Of a stretch of DNA of 32,000 bases, positions 1 through 8,137 are shown piece after piece. The notes under the pieces are model-generated. The model was given only the letters and a program-made list of their open reading frames with translations, ran no database searches and had not been told where the DNA came from. Position numbers and translations under genes: made by a program. Location of the stretch: contig NC_017080.1 of NCBI RefSeq assembly GCF_000284115.1, forward strand, positions 3,540,001 through 3,572,000, read 5' to 3'. The stretch comes from Phycisphaera mikurensis NBRC 102666 (GTDB lineage Bacteria > Planctomycetota > Phycisphaerae > Phycisphaerales > Phycisphaeraceae). Each line of letters starts with the position of its first letter. The first letter of the stretch is position 1.

Positions 1-641
1 AGCTCGACCACCGTGGCGACAAGAAGGACAACTGGCAGCCCGAGGCCGAGAGCCTCATGCAGGACCCGACCCGGGCGATGGGATCGCTGCAGCGGGCGCT
101 GGGGCTCGATGCCGCGACCGACGGCGCACTCCGCTGCATGGAGGCCTTCGACATCGCCCACCTGATGGGCGGCGAAACCGTCGCGAGCAAGGTCTGCTTC
201 GTCGACGGCCGCCCGCTGAAGGACATGTACCGCCGGTACAAGATCACCACCGCCGCCAACGACGACTTCCAATCGATGCGCGAGGTGCTCACCCGCCGCT
301 ACCGCGACGCCGGGAAGGGCGACGAGCTGTACCCCGACGTCATCCTGATCGACGGCGGCAAGGGCCAGCTGTCCGCGGCGATGGGCATCTTCCGCGAGCT
401 GGAGGTGCAGCCCCCGCGGGTCATCTCGCTCGCGAAGAAAGAGGAGCTGATCTACGCCACGTGGCTGGACGAGCCGGTGAAGCTCGGCCGCAACAACCCG
501 GGGCTGAAGCTGTGCATGGCGATCCGCGACGAGGCGCACCGCTTTGCGCAGCACTACCACCACATCCTGCGGCGGAAGAAGGTGCTGGGGATCGAGGGAA
601 CCGTGGCGAAGGCCAAGAAGATCAAGACGAGAGCGAGCTGA
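1..641 (+). CDS. uvrC: Excinuclease ABC subunit C, C-terminal part (5' truncated by window)
   Basis: ORF protein contains the UvrC RNase H-like region (AFDIAHLMGGETVASKVCFVDGRPLKDMYRRYKI..., PDVILIDGGKGQLSAA, IRDEAHRFAQHYHHILRRKK). Confidence 0.93.
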   Translation, partial: LDHRGDKKDNWQPEAESLMQDPTRAMGSLQRALGLDAATDGALRCMEAFDIAHLMGGETVASKVCFVDGRPLKDMYRRYKITTAANDDFQSMREVLTRRYRDAGKGDELYPDVILIDGGKGQLSAAMGIFRELEVQPPRVISLAKKEELIYATWLDEPVKLGRNNPGLKLCMAIRDEAHRFAQHYHHILRRKKVLGIEGTVAKAKKIKTRAS

Positions 642-698
642 GGGCGCCGGCGCCCGACCCCGCGACGGCCCGCCGCCGCGCGGGCCTAGCTTCGCGCC

Positions 699-1703
699 AT
701 GGACGTCGCCATCTTCAGCACCCGGCGCTGGGACCGGGAAGCCCTCACCGCGGCCGCCGCGCGTCCCGAAAACGCGGAGCTGTCGCTCCGCTTCCTCGAG
801 GCCGGCCTCTCCCCCGGCACCGCCTCGCTGGCCCGGGGCTGCGGCGCCGCGTGCGTCTTCGTGAACGACGACGCGGGGGCCGCGACGCTCGAGGAGCTCG
901 CCGGACTCGGCGTCGGCGCCGTGGTCACCCGCAGCGCGGGCTTCAACCACGTCGACCTCGACGCCGCCGGCCGCTTGGGCATCGACGTGCTCCGGGTGCC
1001 GGCGTACGGGCCCGATGGCGTGGCCGAGCACGCGCTCGCCCTGCTGATGACGCTCAACCGCCGCACGCACCGCGCCTTCAACCGCGTGCGCGAGGGCAAC
1101 TTCGCCCTCGACGGGCTCATGGGCTTCGAGCTCCGCGGGAAGACCGTCGGCGTCGTGGGGACGGGGAAGATCGGCGCCGCCGCCTGCCGCATCTTCCTGG
1201 GCTTGGGCTGCGAGGTCCTCGCCTTCGACACCGCGCCCGCGGAGGACCTGCAAAACGCCGGCGTCGCGTTCGTCCCGCTCGACGAGCTCTGGCCGCGCTG
1301 CGACGTCGTGACGCTTCACTGCCCGCTCACGCCCGAAACCCACCACCTCGTAAGCGACCGGGTGCTCGCCGCCCTGCCGGACCACGCGATCGTGCTCAAC
1401 ACGTCGCGCGGCGGGCTCGTCGACACCGCCGCCGCGCTCGCCGCGCTGCGGGCACGCGCGATCGGCGGCCTCGGCATCGACGTGTACGAGGAGGAGGCCG
1501 GGCTCTTCTTCGAGGACCGCACCCAGCAGGGTCTGACCGACGAGCTGCTCGCGCAGCTGGTGGCGCTGCCCAACGTGCTGGTGACAGGGCACCAGGCTTT
1601 CTTCACGCGCGAGGCCGTCGGGCGGATCGCCGGCACGACGATGCAGAACCTCCGGTCGGTGGAGGAGGGCTCGGCCGGCGCGTGCCCCAACCGCGTCGGC
1701 TGA
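699..1703 (+). CDS. ldhA: D-lactate dehydrogenase / 2-hydroxyacid dehydrogenase
   Basis: Protein resembles LdhA along its length: VFVNDDAG, SAGFNHVDLDAA, VRVPAYxPxxVAEHA, GVVGTGKIG, HCPLTPETHHLV, LNTSRGGLVD, FFEDRTQQGLTDE, TGHQAFFTREA. Confidence 0.9.
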   Translation: MDVAIFSTRRWDREALTAAAARPENAELSLRFLEAGLSPGTASLARGCGAACVFVNDDAGAATLEELAGLGVGAVVTRSAGFNHVDLDAAGRLGIDVLRVPAYGPDGVAEHALALLMTLNRRTHRAFNRVREGNFALDGLMGFELRGKTVGVVGTGKIGAAACRIFLGLGCEVLAFDTAPAEDLQNAGVAFVPLDELWPRCDVVTLHCPLTPETHHLVSDRVLAALPDHAIVLNTSRGGLVDTAAALAALRARAIGGLGIDVYEEEAGLFFEDRTQQGLTDELLAQLVALPNVLVTGHQAFFTREAVGRIAGTTMQNLRSVEEGSAGACPNRVG

Positions 1704-1748
1704 TCCGCTCCGCGCCCTCACGCACGCGCCGGCCGCGCGGCCGAAGCC

Positions 1749-3776
1749 TCAGCCGCCCCGCTCCGCCAGCAGCTGCGTGTCGTCTTCGTAGCAGTAGACC
1801 CAGCCCGCGCCGGGCTCCCCCGCGTCCACCGGCTCCACGATCGGGTGCTCGGCGGCCCGGGCGTGCGCCCGCGCGTGCCGGTTCGGGGACGCGTCGCAGC
1901 AGCCGACCGCCCCGCACGCGGCGCAGCGGCGGAGGTGGACCCACGGCTCACCGGCCGCCACGCAGGCCGGGCACACGAGCCCGGCCCGCGCGGCTCCGGG
2001 CAGCGGCGGGAGCCGCAGCATCTCCGCGTGCGTGCACGCGGCGGAGGCGCCCGGCCCCGCGTCGACGGGCTCGGCGGGCACGTGGTGCAGCCCCGCCACC
2101 CACGCCGCCAGCTCGCGGCGGAAGGCCGCGTCGTCTCCGCCGGGCACGAAGAGGCGCGGCGGCGTGAGGCGCGGGTCGGCCTCGATCGCGTGCCGCACCG
2201 CCTCGGCCGCCTCGGGCGTGTCGTCGGCGACGATGACGGCCGCCGCGTCGGCTGCGCCCGCGGCGAGCAGGGCCTCGGCGCGCGTGTTGCTCCCGCGGTG
2301 GACGACGAGGGCCCCGCCACCGGCGGGCCGGAGCTCGCGCTCCGCCTCCGCCTCGAGCGTCGACGCCCGCCCCGGGTCCAGCGTCACCACGCTCACGTCC
2401 AGCGGCGAGCTTCGCAGCAACCCCAGCAGCGACTCCGCCCGCTCGCCGTACCCCGCCAGCACCACCCGCGGCCGGTCGCCGCCGCCTCCGGAGCCGCGGA
2501 CCGCCGGCGTTTCCGCCGATCCGGGACCGCGGTCCGCGGATCCCGCTGCCCCCACGAGCTTCCGCGAGGCGGCCGAGAGCAGCGGCGTGGCCAGCATCGA
2601 GACCACCGTCGCCGCGATGAACAGGTTCACGCCGCGCTCCGCAGCGCCGCCGGGCGTCAGCCCCGCCGCCGCCCCGGTCGCCTGCAGCACGAAGGCGAAC
2701 TCGCCCACCTGGGCCGTGAGCAGCCCCGCCGCGCCCGCCACCGCCCAGCGGCCGCCCGCGAGCCGCACCCCCGCCGCCGTGACGAGCGCCTTGAGCGCCA
2801 CCAGCGCCAGCACGCAGCCGACCACGGCCAGCGGGTTCGCCCAGACGAAGCCCGGGTCCAGCCGCATGCCGACCGAGGCGAAGAACACCGCGGAGAACAG
2901 CACCTGCAGCGGCATCACCTCGCCGAAGGCGTGGTGGCTGAAGCGGCTCTCGCTGATGAGCAGCCCCGCGAGGAAGGCCCCCAGCGCGAGGCTCACGCCG
3001 GCCAGCGACGTGAGCCAGGCGAGCCCGAAGCACACCGCCACGAGCGTCAGCAGGAAGACCTCCGCCGAGCACGTGCGTGCCACCCGCTCGATGACCGCCG
3101 GCACGATCCGCCGGGCGAGCAGCAGCACCGCCGCGACGATCCCGCCCGCCTTCGCCAGCGCCCACAGGAGCGCCGGCACGCCCCCGGCCCCGCCGTCCGC
3201 CCCGCCCGCCGCCGAGTCGCCCGCCGAGGTCGCCGCTCCGAGCATCGGCACCACCAGCACCATCGCCACCACCGCGAGGTCCTGGAAGATCAGCACCCCC
3301 AGCGTCGCCTGCCCCTCGTCGCTGCCGGTCCGCCGCTCGCCCGCCAGCAGCTTGAGCACGATCGCCGTCGACGACAGCGACACGAGGCACCCCGTGAAGA
3401 CCGCCGCCCGCCAGCCGACGCCCGCAACCACCAGCACCGCCGCCACCGCGGCGACGGTGCCGATCACCTGCGCGGCCCCCGCGATGAAGATGAGCCGCGA
3501 GATCTTCGCCAGCTTCTCCAGCGAAAACTCGATGCCGATCGTGAACAGCAGCAGCACGACGCCCACCTCGGCAAGCTGCGCAACCATCGCGTCGTCCTCC
3601 ACCACGCCCAAGCCGAAAGGCCCGAGCAACACGCCCGCGAGCAGGAAGCCGAGGATCGGCGCGACGCCGACCTTCACGCACGCGAAGGCGATGGCGGCGC
3701 AGCCCAGCAGCAACGCCACCATCTCCGGCAGCCGCGGGAGGGCGTCGCCGGCGGCGAGGGTGGCTCGGAGCATCAT
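1749..3776 (-). CDS. KefB/CPA2-type cation:proton antiporter with cytoplasmic nucleotide-binding-like domain and C-terminal UBP-type zinc finger
   Basis: N-terminal multi-TM antiporter domain (GVVLLLFTIGIEFSLEKL, LSSTAIVLKLL, FQDLAVVAMVL, VGEFAFVL). Middle RCK-like stretch (RVVLAGYGERAESLLGLL). C-terminus CTHAEML...CPAC...WVHLRRCAACGAVGCCDASPNRHARAHARAAEHPIVEPVD matches the ZnF-UBP signature. Confidence 0.88.
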   Translation of the reverse strand: MMLRATLAAGDALPRLPEMVALLLGCAAIAFACVKVGVAPILGFLLAGVLLGPFGLGVVEDDAMVAQLAEVGVVLLLFTIGIEFSLEKLAKISRLIFIAGAAQVIGTVAAVAAVLVVAGVGWRAAVFTGCLVSLSSTAIVLKLLAGERRTGSDEGQATLGVLIFQDLAVVAMVLVVPMLGAATSAGDSAAGGADGGAGGVPALLWALAKAGGIVAAVLLLARRIVPAVIERVARTCSAEVFLLTLVAVCFGLAWLTSLAGVSLALGAFLAGLLISESRFSHHAFGEVMPLQVLFSAVFFASVGMRLDPGFVWANPLAVVGCVLALVALKALVTAAGVRLAGGRWAVAGAAGLLTAQVGEFAFVLQATGAAAGLTPGGAAERGVNLFIAATVVSMLATPLLSAASRKLVGAAGSADRGPGSAETPAVRGSGGGGDRPRVVLAGYGERAESLLGLLRSSPLDVSVVTLDPGRASTLEAEAERELRPAGGGALVVHRGSNTRAEALLAAGAADAAAVIVADDTPEAAEAVRHAIEADPRLTPPRLFVPGGDDAAFRRELAAWVAGLHHVPAEPVDAGPGASAACTHAEMLRLPPLPGAARAGLVCPACVAAGEPWVHLRRCAACGAVGCCDASPNRHARAHARAAEHPIVEPVDAGEPGAGWVYCYEDDTQLLAERGG
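2495..2540. repeat. Dispersed inverted-repeat element, copy A: CCGCGGACCG-N26-CGGTCCGCGG
   Basis: Left arm 2495-2504, spacer 2505-2530 (26 nt), right arm 2531-2540, perfect 10-bp inverted repeat. Lies in the low-complexity linker of the antiporter CDS. Confidence 0.8.
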
Positions 3777-3949
3777 CGGAAGAAGCTAGCGCATCGTGCG
3801 CCGAACCCCCCGCGCCGCCTCCGGACCGATCGACCGCCGGCGGGCCACCGCAGAAACCCGAACCCGATGGGAACCCGCCGCCGCTCGCCCGCGTCTGAAG
3901 GTTGAACGCCCCGCCCCGCGGGCCTCCGCACCTCCGCCCGAGCCCCTCC

Positions 3950-5140
3950 ATGCCCCGCCTCCTCGCCGTCAACCTCCCGCTGCTGCTGGCCCTCGCCGCG
4001 ACACCCGCCCCGCTCGCCACCGCCGCGCCCGACCCGGCCCCCGGCGCGGTCCGTGTGCCCGCCGCCAAGGCGGCGGCGCCGGTCGTCGAGCTCGCGATCC
4101 TGCTGGACACGTCCAACTCGATGGACGGGCTGATCGACCAGGCCCGCGCCCAGCTGTGGGGCATCGTCAACCGGGTGGCGAGCAAGACGCGGGGCGGGCA
4201 AGCCCCGCGGCTGCGGGTGGCGCTTTACGAGTACGGGAACAGCTCGATCCCCGTGGAAGCGGGCTACGTCCGGCTCGTGCAGCCGCTGACCGGCGACCTG
4301 GACCTCTTCTCGCGGGCGCTCTTCGAGCTGACCACCAACGGCGGCGACGAGTACTGCGGCGAGGCGATCGGCCGCGCCGTCGAGGAGCTGGAGTGGTCGC
4401 CCGAGAGCGTGAGCGGCAGCGGGTTCAGAGCGATCTACATCGCGGGCAACGAGCCGTTCACGCAGGGCGAGCGCCCCTACGCCTCGGCGTGCGCGGCGGC
4501 CGTCGGCAAGGGCGTGCGGGTCAACACGATCCACTGCGGACCCGAGGCGGTGGGTGCCGAGAGCGGCTGGCGGGACGGCGCGGAGCGAGCGGAGGGCGAC
4601 TTCCTGAACATCAACCAGGACGCCGCGGTCGCGGTCGCGGCCACGCCGATGGACGCCCGGCTGGCGGATCTGAGCAGGGAGATCAACGGGACCTACGCCT
4701 TCTTCGGCGGGCAGCGCCGGGAGCTCGAAGAGAACCAGAAGGTGCAGGATCGCAACGCCTCGCGGCTCGGCCGCGCGATCGCCGCCGAACGCGCGGCGAC
4801 GAAGTCCGGCCCCGGGTACCGCAACCGGGCGGACCTGGTCGACGCCACGCTCGACGCTCCGGCGCCCGCCGCCGCCCTCGCCGCCATCCCCGCCGGGGAC
4901 CTGCCCGAGGAGATGCGGGCCATGACCGACGGCGAGAGGCTCGCTCACGTCGAGAAGCTTGCCGCCGAGCGGGCGGCCCTCCAGGCCGAGATCCAGGAGC
5001 TCAGCATCGAGCGTGACGCCTTCCTCGCGGACCTCGCCGCCGGGGCCGCGGACGGGCCCGAGGCCGAAGACACGTTCGGGTCGGCGATCCTGGCGTCGGT
5101 CGACCGGCAGATGGAAGCCGCGGGCTTCGAGAAGAAGTGA
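3950..5140 (+). CDS. Secreted von Willebrand factor type A domain protein
   Basis: Signal peptide (MPRLLAVNLPLLLALAATPAPLATAA) and MIDAS-type VWA motif (VELAILLDTSNSMDGLIDQARAQLW). ORF opens at 3902; the ATG at 3950 gives the better signal peptide. Confidence 0.82.
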   Translation: MPRLLAVNLPLLLALAATPAPLATAAPDPAPGAVRVPAAKAAAPVVELAILLDTSNSMDGLIDQARAQLWGIVNRVASKTRGGQAPRLRVALYEYGNSSIPVEAGYVRLVQPLTGDLDLFSRALFELTTNGGDEYCGEAIGRAVEELEWSPESVSGSGFRAIYIAGNEPFTQGERPYASACAAAVGKGVRVNTIHCGPEAVGAESGWRDGAERAEGDFLNINQDAAVAVAATPMDARLADLSREINGTYAFFGGQRRELEENQKVQDRNASRLGRAIAAERAATKSGPGYRNRADLVDATLDAPAPAAALAAIPAGDLPEEMRAMTDGERLAHVEKLAAERAALQAEIQELSIERDAFLADLAAGAADGPEAEDTFGSAILASVDRQMEAAGFEKK

Positions 5141-5198
5141 AGCAGCGACGGTGCCGGGACCTCGCGGGCGCACCCGCCGGGCGAGTGCGGAGCGACAA

Positions 5199-5246
5199 CC
5201 CGCGGACCGCCGCCGCTCCCAGCGGTCTCCGCCGCCGGTCCGCGGG
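5199..5246. repeat. Dispersed inverted-repeat element, copy B: CCCGCGGACCG-N26-CGGTCCGCGGG
   Basis: Perfect 11-bp arms 5199-5209 and 5236-5246, spacer exactly 26 nt, in the convergent intergenic region after the VWA gene. Could double as a bidirectional terminator. Confidence 0.85.
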
Positions 5247-5314
5247 AACGCCGGGTGCAGGAGCGGGCCCGGCGGCGGCCCCTCGATGCGGCCGCGCCAC
5301 GCCGCGGCTGCGGC

Positions 5315-6025
5315 TCAAGGTCGGGCGTTCGCGGGCACCTCCCACGCAGTCAGCATCTCGGCGTAAAGCTTCTCGAACGCCGAGCCGAGCTCCGCGGCGT
5401 CGCGCTCCCGCCCGACCCGCCGGGCCTCGCCGGGGACGTCGCCGGCGCCGTCGAAGAGCAGCGGCTCGCCGACCGCCAGGTAGAGCGGGCTCCTGCGCCA
5501 AGGCAGGAAGGCGGCCGGGGACTGCAGACCCTGGCAGCCCAGGACCGCGACGGGCAGGACCGGCACGCCGGCGCGGCGGGCCATCACGCAGACGCCCGCC
5601 TTGGGGGTGGCGCCCAGGAGGAGGCTCCCCTCCCCGCGGACGCAGCCGCCCTCGGGGAAGATGCCGACGGTCTCGCCGGCGGCGAGCAGGCGGTCGGCGG
5701 CGCGGAAGGTCGAGTGCGTCGCGGCGGAGCGGTGCACGCGCACGCAGAGGTGGCGGTGGAGCAGCCAGCGGGCCCAGCGGCGCCGGTAGAACTCGTCGCG
5801 CGAGACGAACCACACGCGGCGCCGCATCGCGGTGCCGAGGATCACCGGCTCGAGGTGCGCCAGGTGGGTCACGGCGAGCAGGTGGCCGGCGGGCGGCGCG
5901 GCGTCGCCGTCGAGGCGCTCGCGGTGCAGCCAGTGCAGGCGGACGAAGCGGCGGAACAGCGTGCCGACGAGCAGGCGGCTGAGCCGGTACACCCGGTCGC
6001 TCCGCTCGGGCGGCCCCGCCGTCAC
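5315..6025 (-). CDS. 1-acyl-sn-glycerol-3-phosphate acyltransferase family (PlsC-like)
   Basis: THLAHLEPVI (HX4-type), FVSRDEFYRRRWARWLL, FPEGG. GTG start 6025-6023 overlaps the upstream methyltransferase stop as GTGA. The 5315..6547 ORF is an upstream extension of this frame. Confidence 0.8.
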   Translation of the reverse strand: MTAGPPERSDRVYRLSRLLVGTLFRRFVRLHWLHRERLDGDAAPPAGHLLAVTHLAHLEPVILGTAMRRRVWFVSRDEFYRRRWARWLLHRHLCVRVHRSAATHSTFRAADRLLAAGETVGIFPEGGCVRGEGSLLLGATPKAGVCVMARRAGVPVLPVAVLGCQGLQSPAAFLPWRRSPLYLAVGEPLLFDGAGDVPGEARRVGRERDAAELGSAFEKLYAEMLTAWEVPANARP

Positions 6026-6735
6026 GCCTCGCCGCCGGGCTTGCGGAACGCGAAGAGCCAGCTGTGAAACGGCGTGCGGCCCCACAGCGGGCGGGCCTCG
6101 ACGCTGAAGCCGGCGGCGGCGAAGGGCGCAGTGACGCCCTCGACGGTCGGGAAGTGCCGCGCGGGCTGGGTCATCCAGCCGGCGAGGCGGATCGTCGCCT
6201 CCTCGATCCGCGTCGCGGCGTAGCGCCACGAGCGGGCGCGGGGCGTGGCACGCAGGACGACCCAGCCGCCGGGGCGGACGGCGGCGGCGAGAGCGTTCAG
6301 CAGCGGCTCCTGATCCGCGGCGGGGAAGTAGTGCAGCACGTCGAGCATCACGACGTGGGCCCACGCTCCGGGCCCGAGCAGGCCCGGCTCGTCGCCGCGG
6401 CCGACGCGGAGCGTGGTGGCCGCGTCGCCGGCGGCGGCAAGCGCCTGCCGCCCGTCGCGGATCTTCGGCTCGTCGGGATCGACGCCCGTGACCTCGCCGA
6501 CCCAGCCGCACGCGCGCAGCCAGAACGCGAGCAGACCGAGGCCGCACCCCACGTCGAGCAGCGGGCCCGGCGTGACGGGCCCGGCGAGCAGCCGCTCCGC
6601 GACCGCGGCGTACGCCGGGTCGGTCCTGAGCTTGCCCGCCGCGTAGTGGCGGTGGTAGCGGCCGCCAAGCCCGCCGCGGAACCGCCGGGCGATCCGCTGG
6701 ATCGCGTCCGCTCCCGGGGGCGGCGTGCCGCTCAC
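6022..6735 (-). CDS. Class I SAM-dependent methyltransferase
   Basis: LLDVGCGLGLLAFWLR motif I, VTGVDPDEPKI motif II, VVMLDVLHYF. GTG start at 6735 overlaps the hisI stop (GTGA); C-terminus FRKPGGEA*. Confidence 0.82.
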   Translation of the reverse strand: MSGTPPPGADAIQRIARRFRGGLGGRYHRHYAAGKLRTDPAYAAVAERLLAGPVTPGPLLDVGCGLGLLAFWLRACGWVGEVTGVDPDEPKIRDGRQALAAAGDAATTLRVGRGDEPGLLGPGAWAHVVMLDVLHYFPAADQEPLLNALAAAVRPGGWVVLRATPRARSWRYAATRIEEATIRLAGWMTQPARHFPTVEGVTAPFAAAGFSVEARPLWGRTPFHSWLFAFRKPGGEA

Positions 6736-7205
6736 GCGCCCCCGTAGACCTTCTCGGGATCGAACACCCGCTGCTCGACGATCTTCAGCCCCTCGCCCTC
6801 GACCGCCCGGTAGAAGCAGCCCGGGAAGCCGACGTGGCACGACGCCGCGACGCCGCCGGCGCCGTCGGCCGTGGCGGCCCCGATCCGCACCCTCGCGAGC
6901 ACCACGTCCTGGTCGCAGTCGGTCCGCAGCTCCACCACCGCCTGGCTCATCCCGCTGCTCTCGCCTTTCCGCCAGAGCTTGGCCCGGCTCCGCGACCAGT
7001 AGTGGACGAAGCCGGTGTCGATGGTCGCCCGCAGCGACTCCGCGTTCATGAACGCGAACATCAGCACCTCGCCCGTGTCCGCGTGCTGGGTGACGCAGGG
7101 GATGAGGCCTTCCCGGTCGAAGCGCGGCGTGAACGCGTGCCCGAGCTCGAGGGCCTTCTTCTCGGCGGGCGGCTCGGGGAAGCTCTTTGGAGGAGGCGCG
7201 GGCAT
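6732..7205 (-). CDS. hisI: Phosphoribosyl-AMP cyclohydrolase
   Basis: IPCVTQHADTGEVLMFAFMNAESL, YWSRSRAKLWRKGESSG, RTDCDQDVVL, CHVGFPGCFYR are HisI signatures. Confidence 0.93.
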   Translation of the reverse strand: MPAPPPKSFPEPPAEKKALELGHAFTPRFDREGLIPCVTQHADTGEVLMFAFMNAESLRATIDTGFVHYWSRSRAKLWRKGESSGMSQAVVELRTDCDQDVVLARVRIGAATADGAGGVAASCHVGFPGCFYRAVEGEGLKIVEQRVFDPEKVYGGA

Positions 7206-7340
7206 CGGGAGAAAGGTACCGGCAGGAAGTCGCGTGGCCGCCGCAGCGCCTCGCCCGAGGGGCTGCTCCTCGGGCTCCGCCGGAGGGAACCCCGCGTACG
7301 CCCGCTCCTGCGGTGGACCGCTGGATCGCGAAGCGATATC

Positions 7341-8059
7341 GCGGCCGGGCTGGCTGCGAGAGCTGAGCGGCGACGCCGCTCTGTCTGCCCTGTGCGCGAG
7401 GGAGCTGCATCGCGGCTCGGACAGCGTGGCGTCGCCACGCAGCTAGCGCGGCCAAGCTGGCTCCGAAAGCTGAGCGGCGACGCCGCTCTGTCTGCTTGTG
7501 CGCGAGGGAGCTGGATGGGGAGTCGGACAGCGTGGCGTCGCCACGCAGCTAGCGCGGCCAGGGGCTGGCTGCGAGAGCTGAGCGGCGACGCCGCTCTTTC
7601 TGCTTGTGCGCGAGGGAGCTGCATCGCGACCCGGACAGCGTGGCGTCGCCACGCAGCTACCGCGGCCAAGCTGGCGGCGAGAGCTGAGCGGCGACGCCGC
7701 TCTGTCTGCCTTGTGCGCGAAGGAGCCGGATCGCGACCCGGACAGCGTGGCGTCGCCACGCAGCTAGCGCGGCCAAGCTGGCTCCGAGAGCTGAGCGGCG
7801 ACGCCGCTCTGTCTGCTTGTGCGCGAAGGAGCTGCATCGCGACTCGGACAGCGTGGCGTCGCCACGCAGCTACCGCGGCCAAGCTGGCGGCGAGAGCTGA
7901 GCGGCGACGCCGCTCTGTCTGCTTGTGCGCGAGGGAGCTGCATCGCGGCTCGGACAGCGTGGCGTCGCCACGCAGCTAGCGCGGCCAGGCTGGCGGCGAG
8001 AGCTGAGCGGCGACGCCGCTCTGTCTGCTTGTGCGCGAAGGAGCTGGATCGGGGCCAGA
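7341..8059. repeat. Tandem array of ~106-108-bp units (about 6 full and 1 partial copy), each a large imperfect inverted repeat with palindromic arms
   Basis: The anchor AGCTGAGCGGCGACGCCGCTCT starts at 7361, 7468, 7576, 7682, 7789, 7895 and 8001 (periods 107,108,106,107,106,106). Second conserved arm CGGACAGCGTGGCGTCGCCACGCAGCT is present in copies 1-6; copy 7 is truncated. No unique CRISPR-like spacers. Confidence 0.95.
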
Positions 8060-8137
8060 CCGCGAGCCCGGAACCGGTGGCCACACCTCTCCCGGCGCGG
8101 CACGCAGATCGGGTCGTGTCCGGAGCTTCACCGCCGC

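Noticed and set aside
7061-7882. ORFs across the repeat array (e.g. 7061..7882 -, 6834..7979 +) as repeat proteins such as AAWRRHAVRAAMQLPRAQADRAA
   Set aside because: Open frames exist on both strands because the GC-rich unit is repeated with shifting 106-108-bp periods. Conservation follows the palindromic arms rather than codons, and period changes shift the frame.
7341-8059. CRISPR array
   Set aside because: The whole ~107-bp unit is repeated, including the parts between palindromes. There are no unique spacers and no cas genes nearby.
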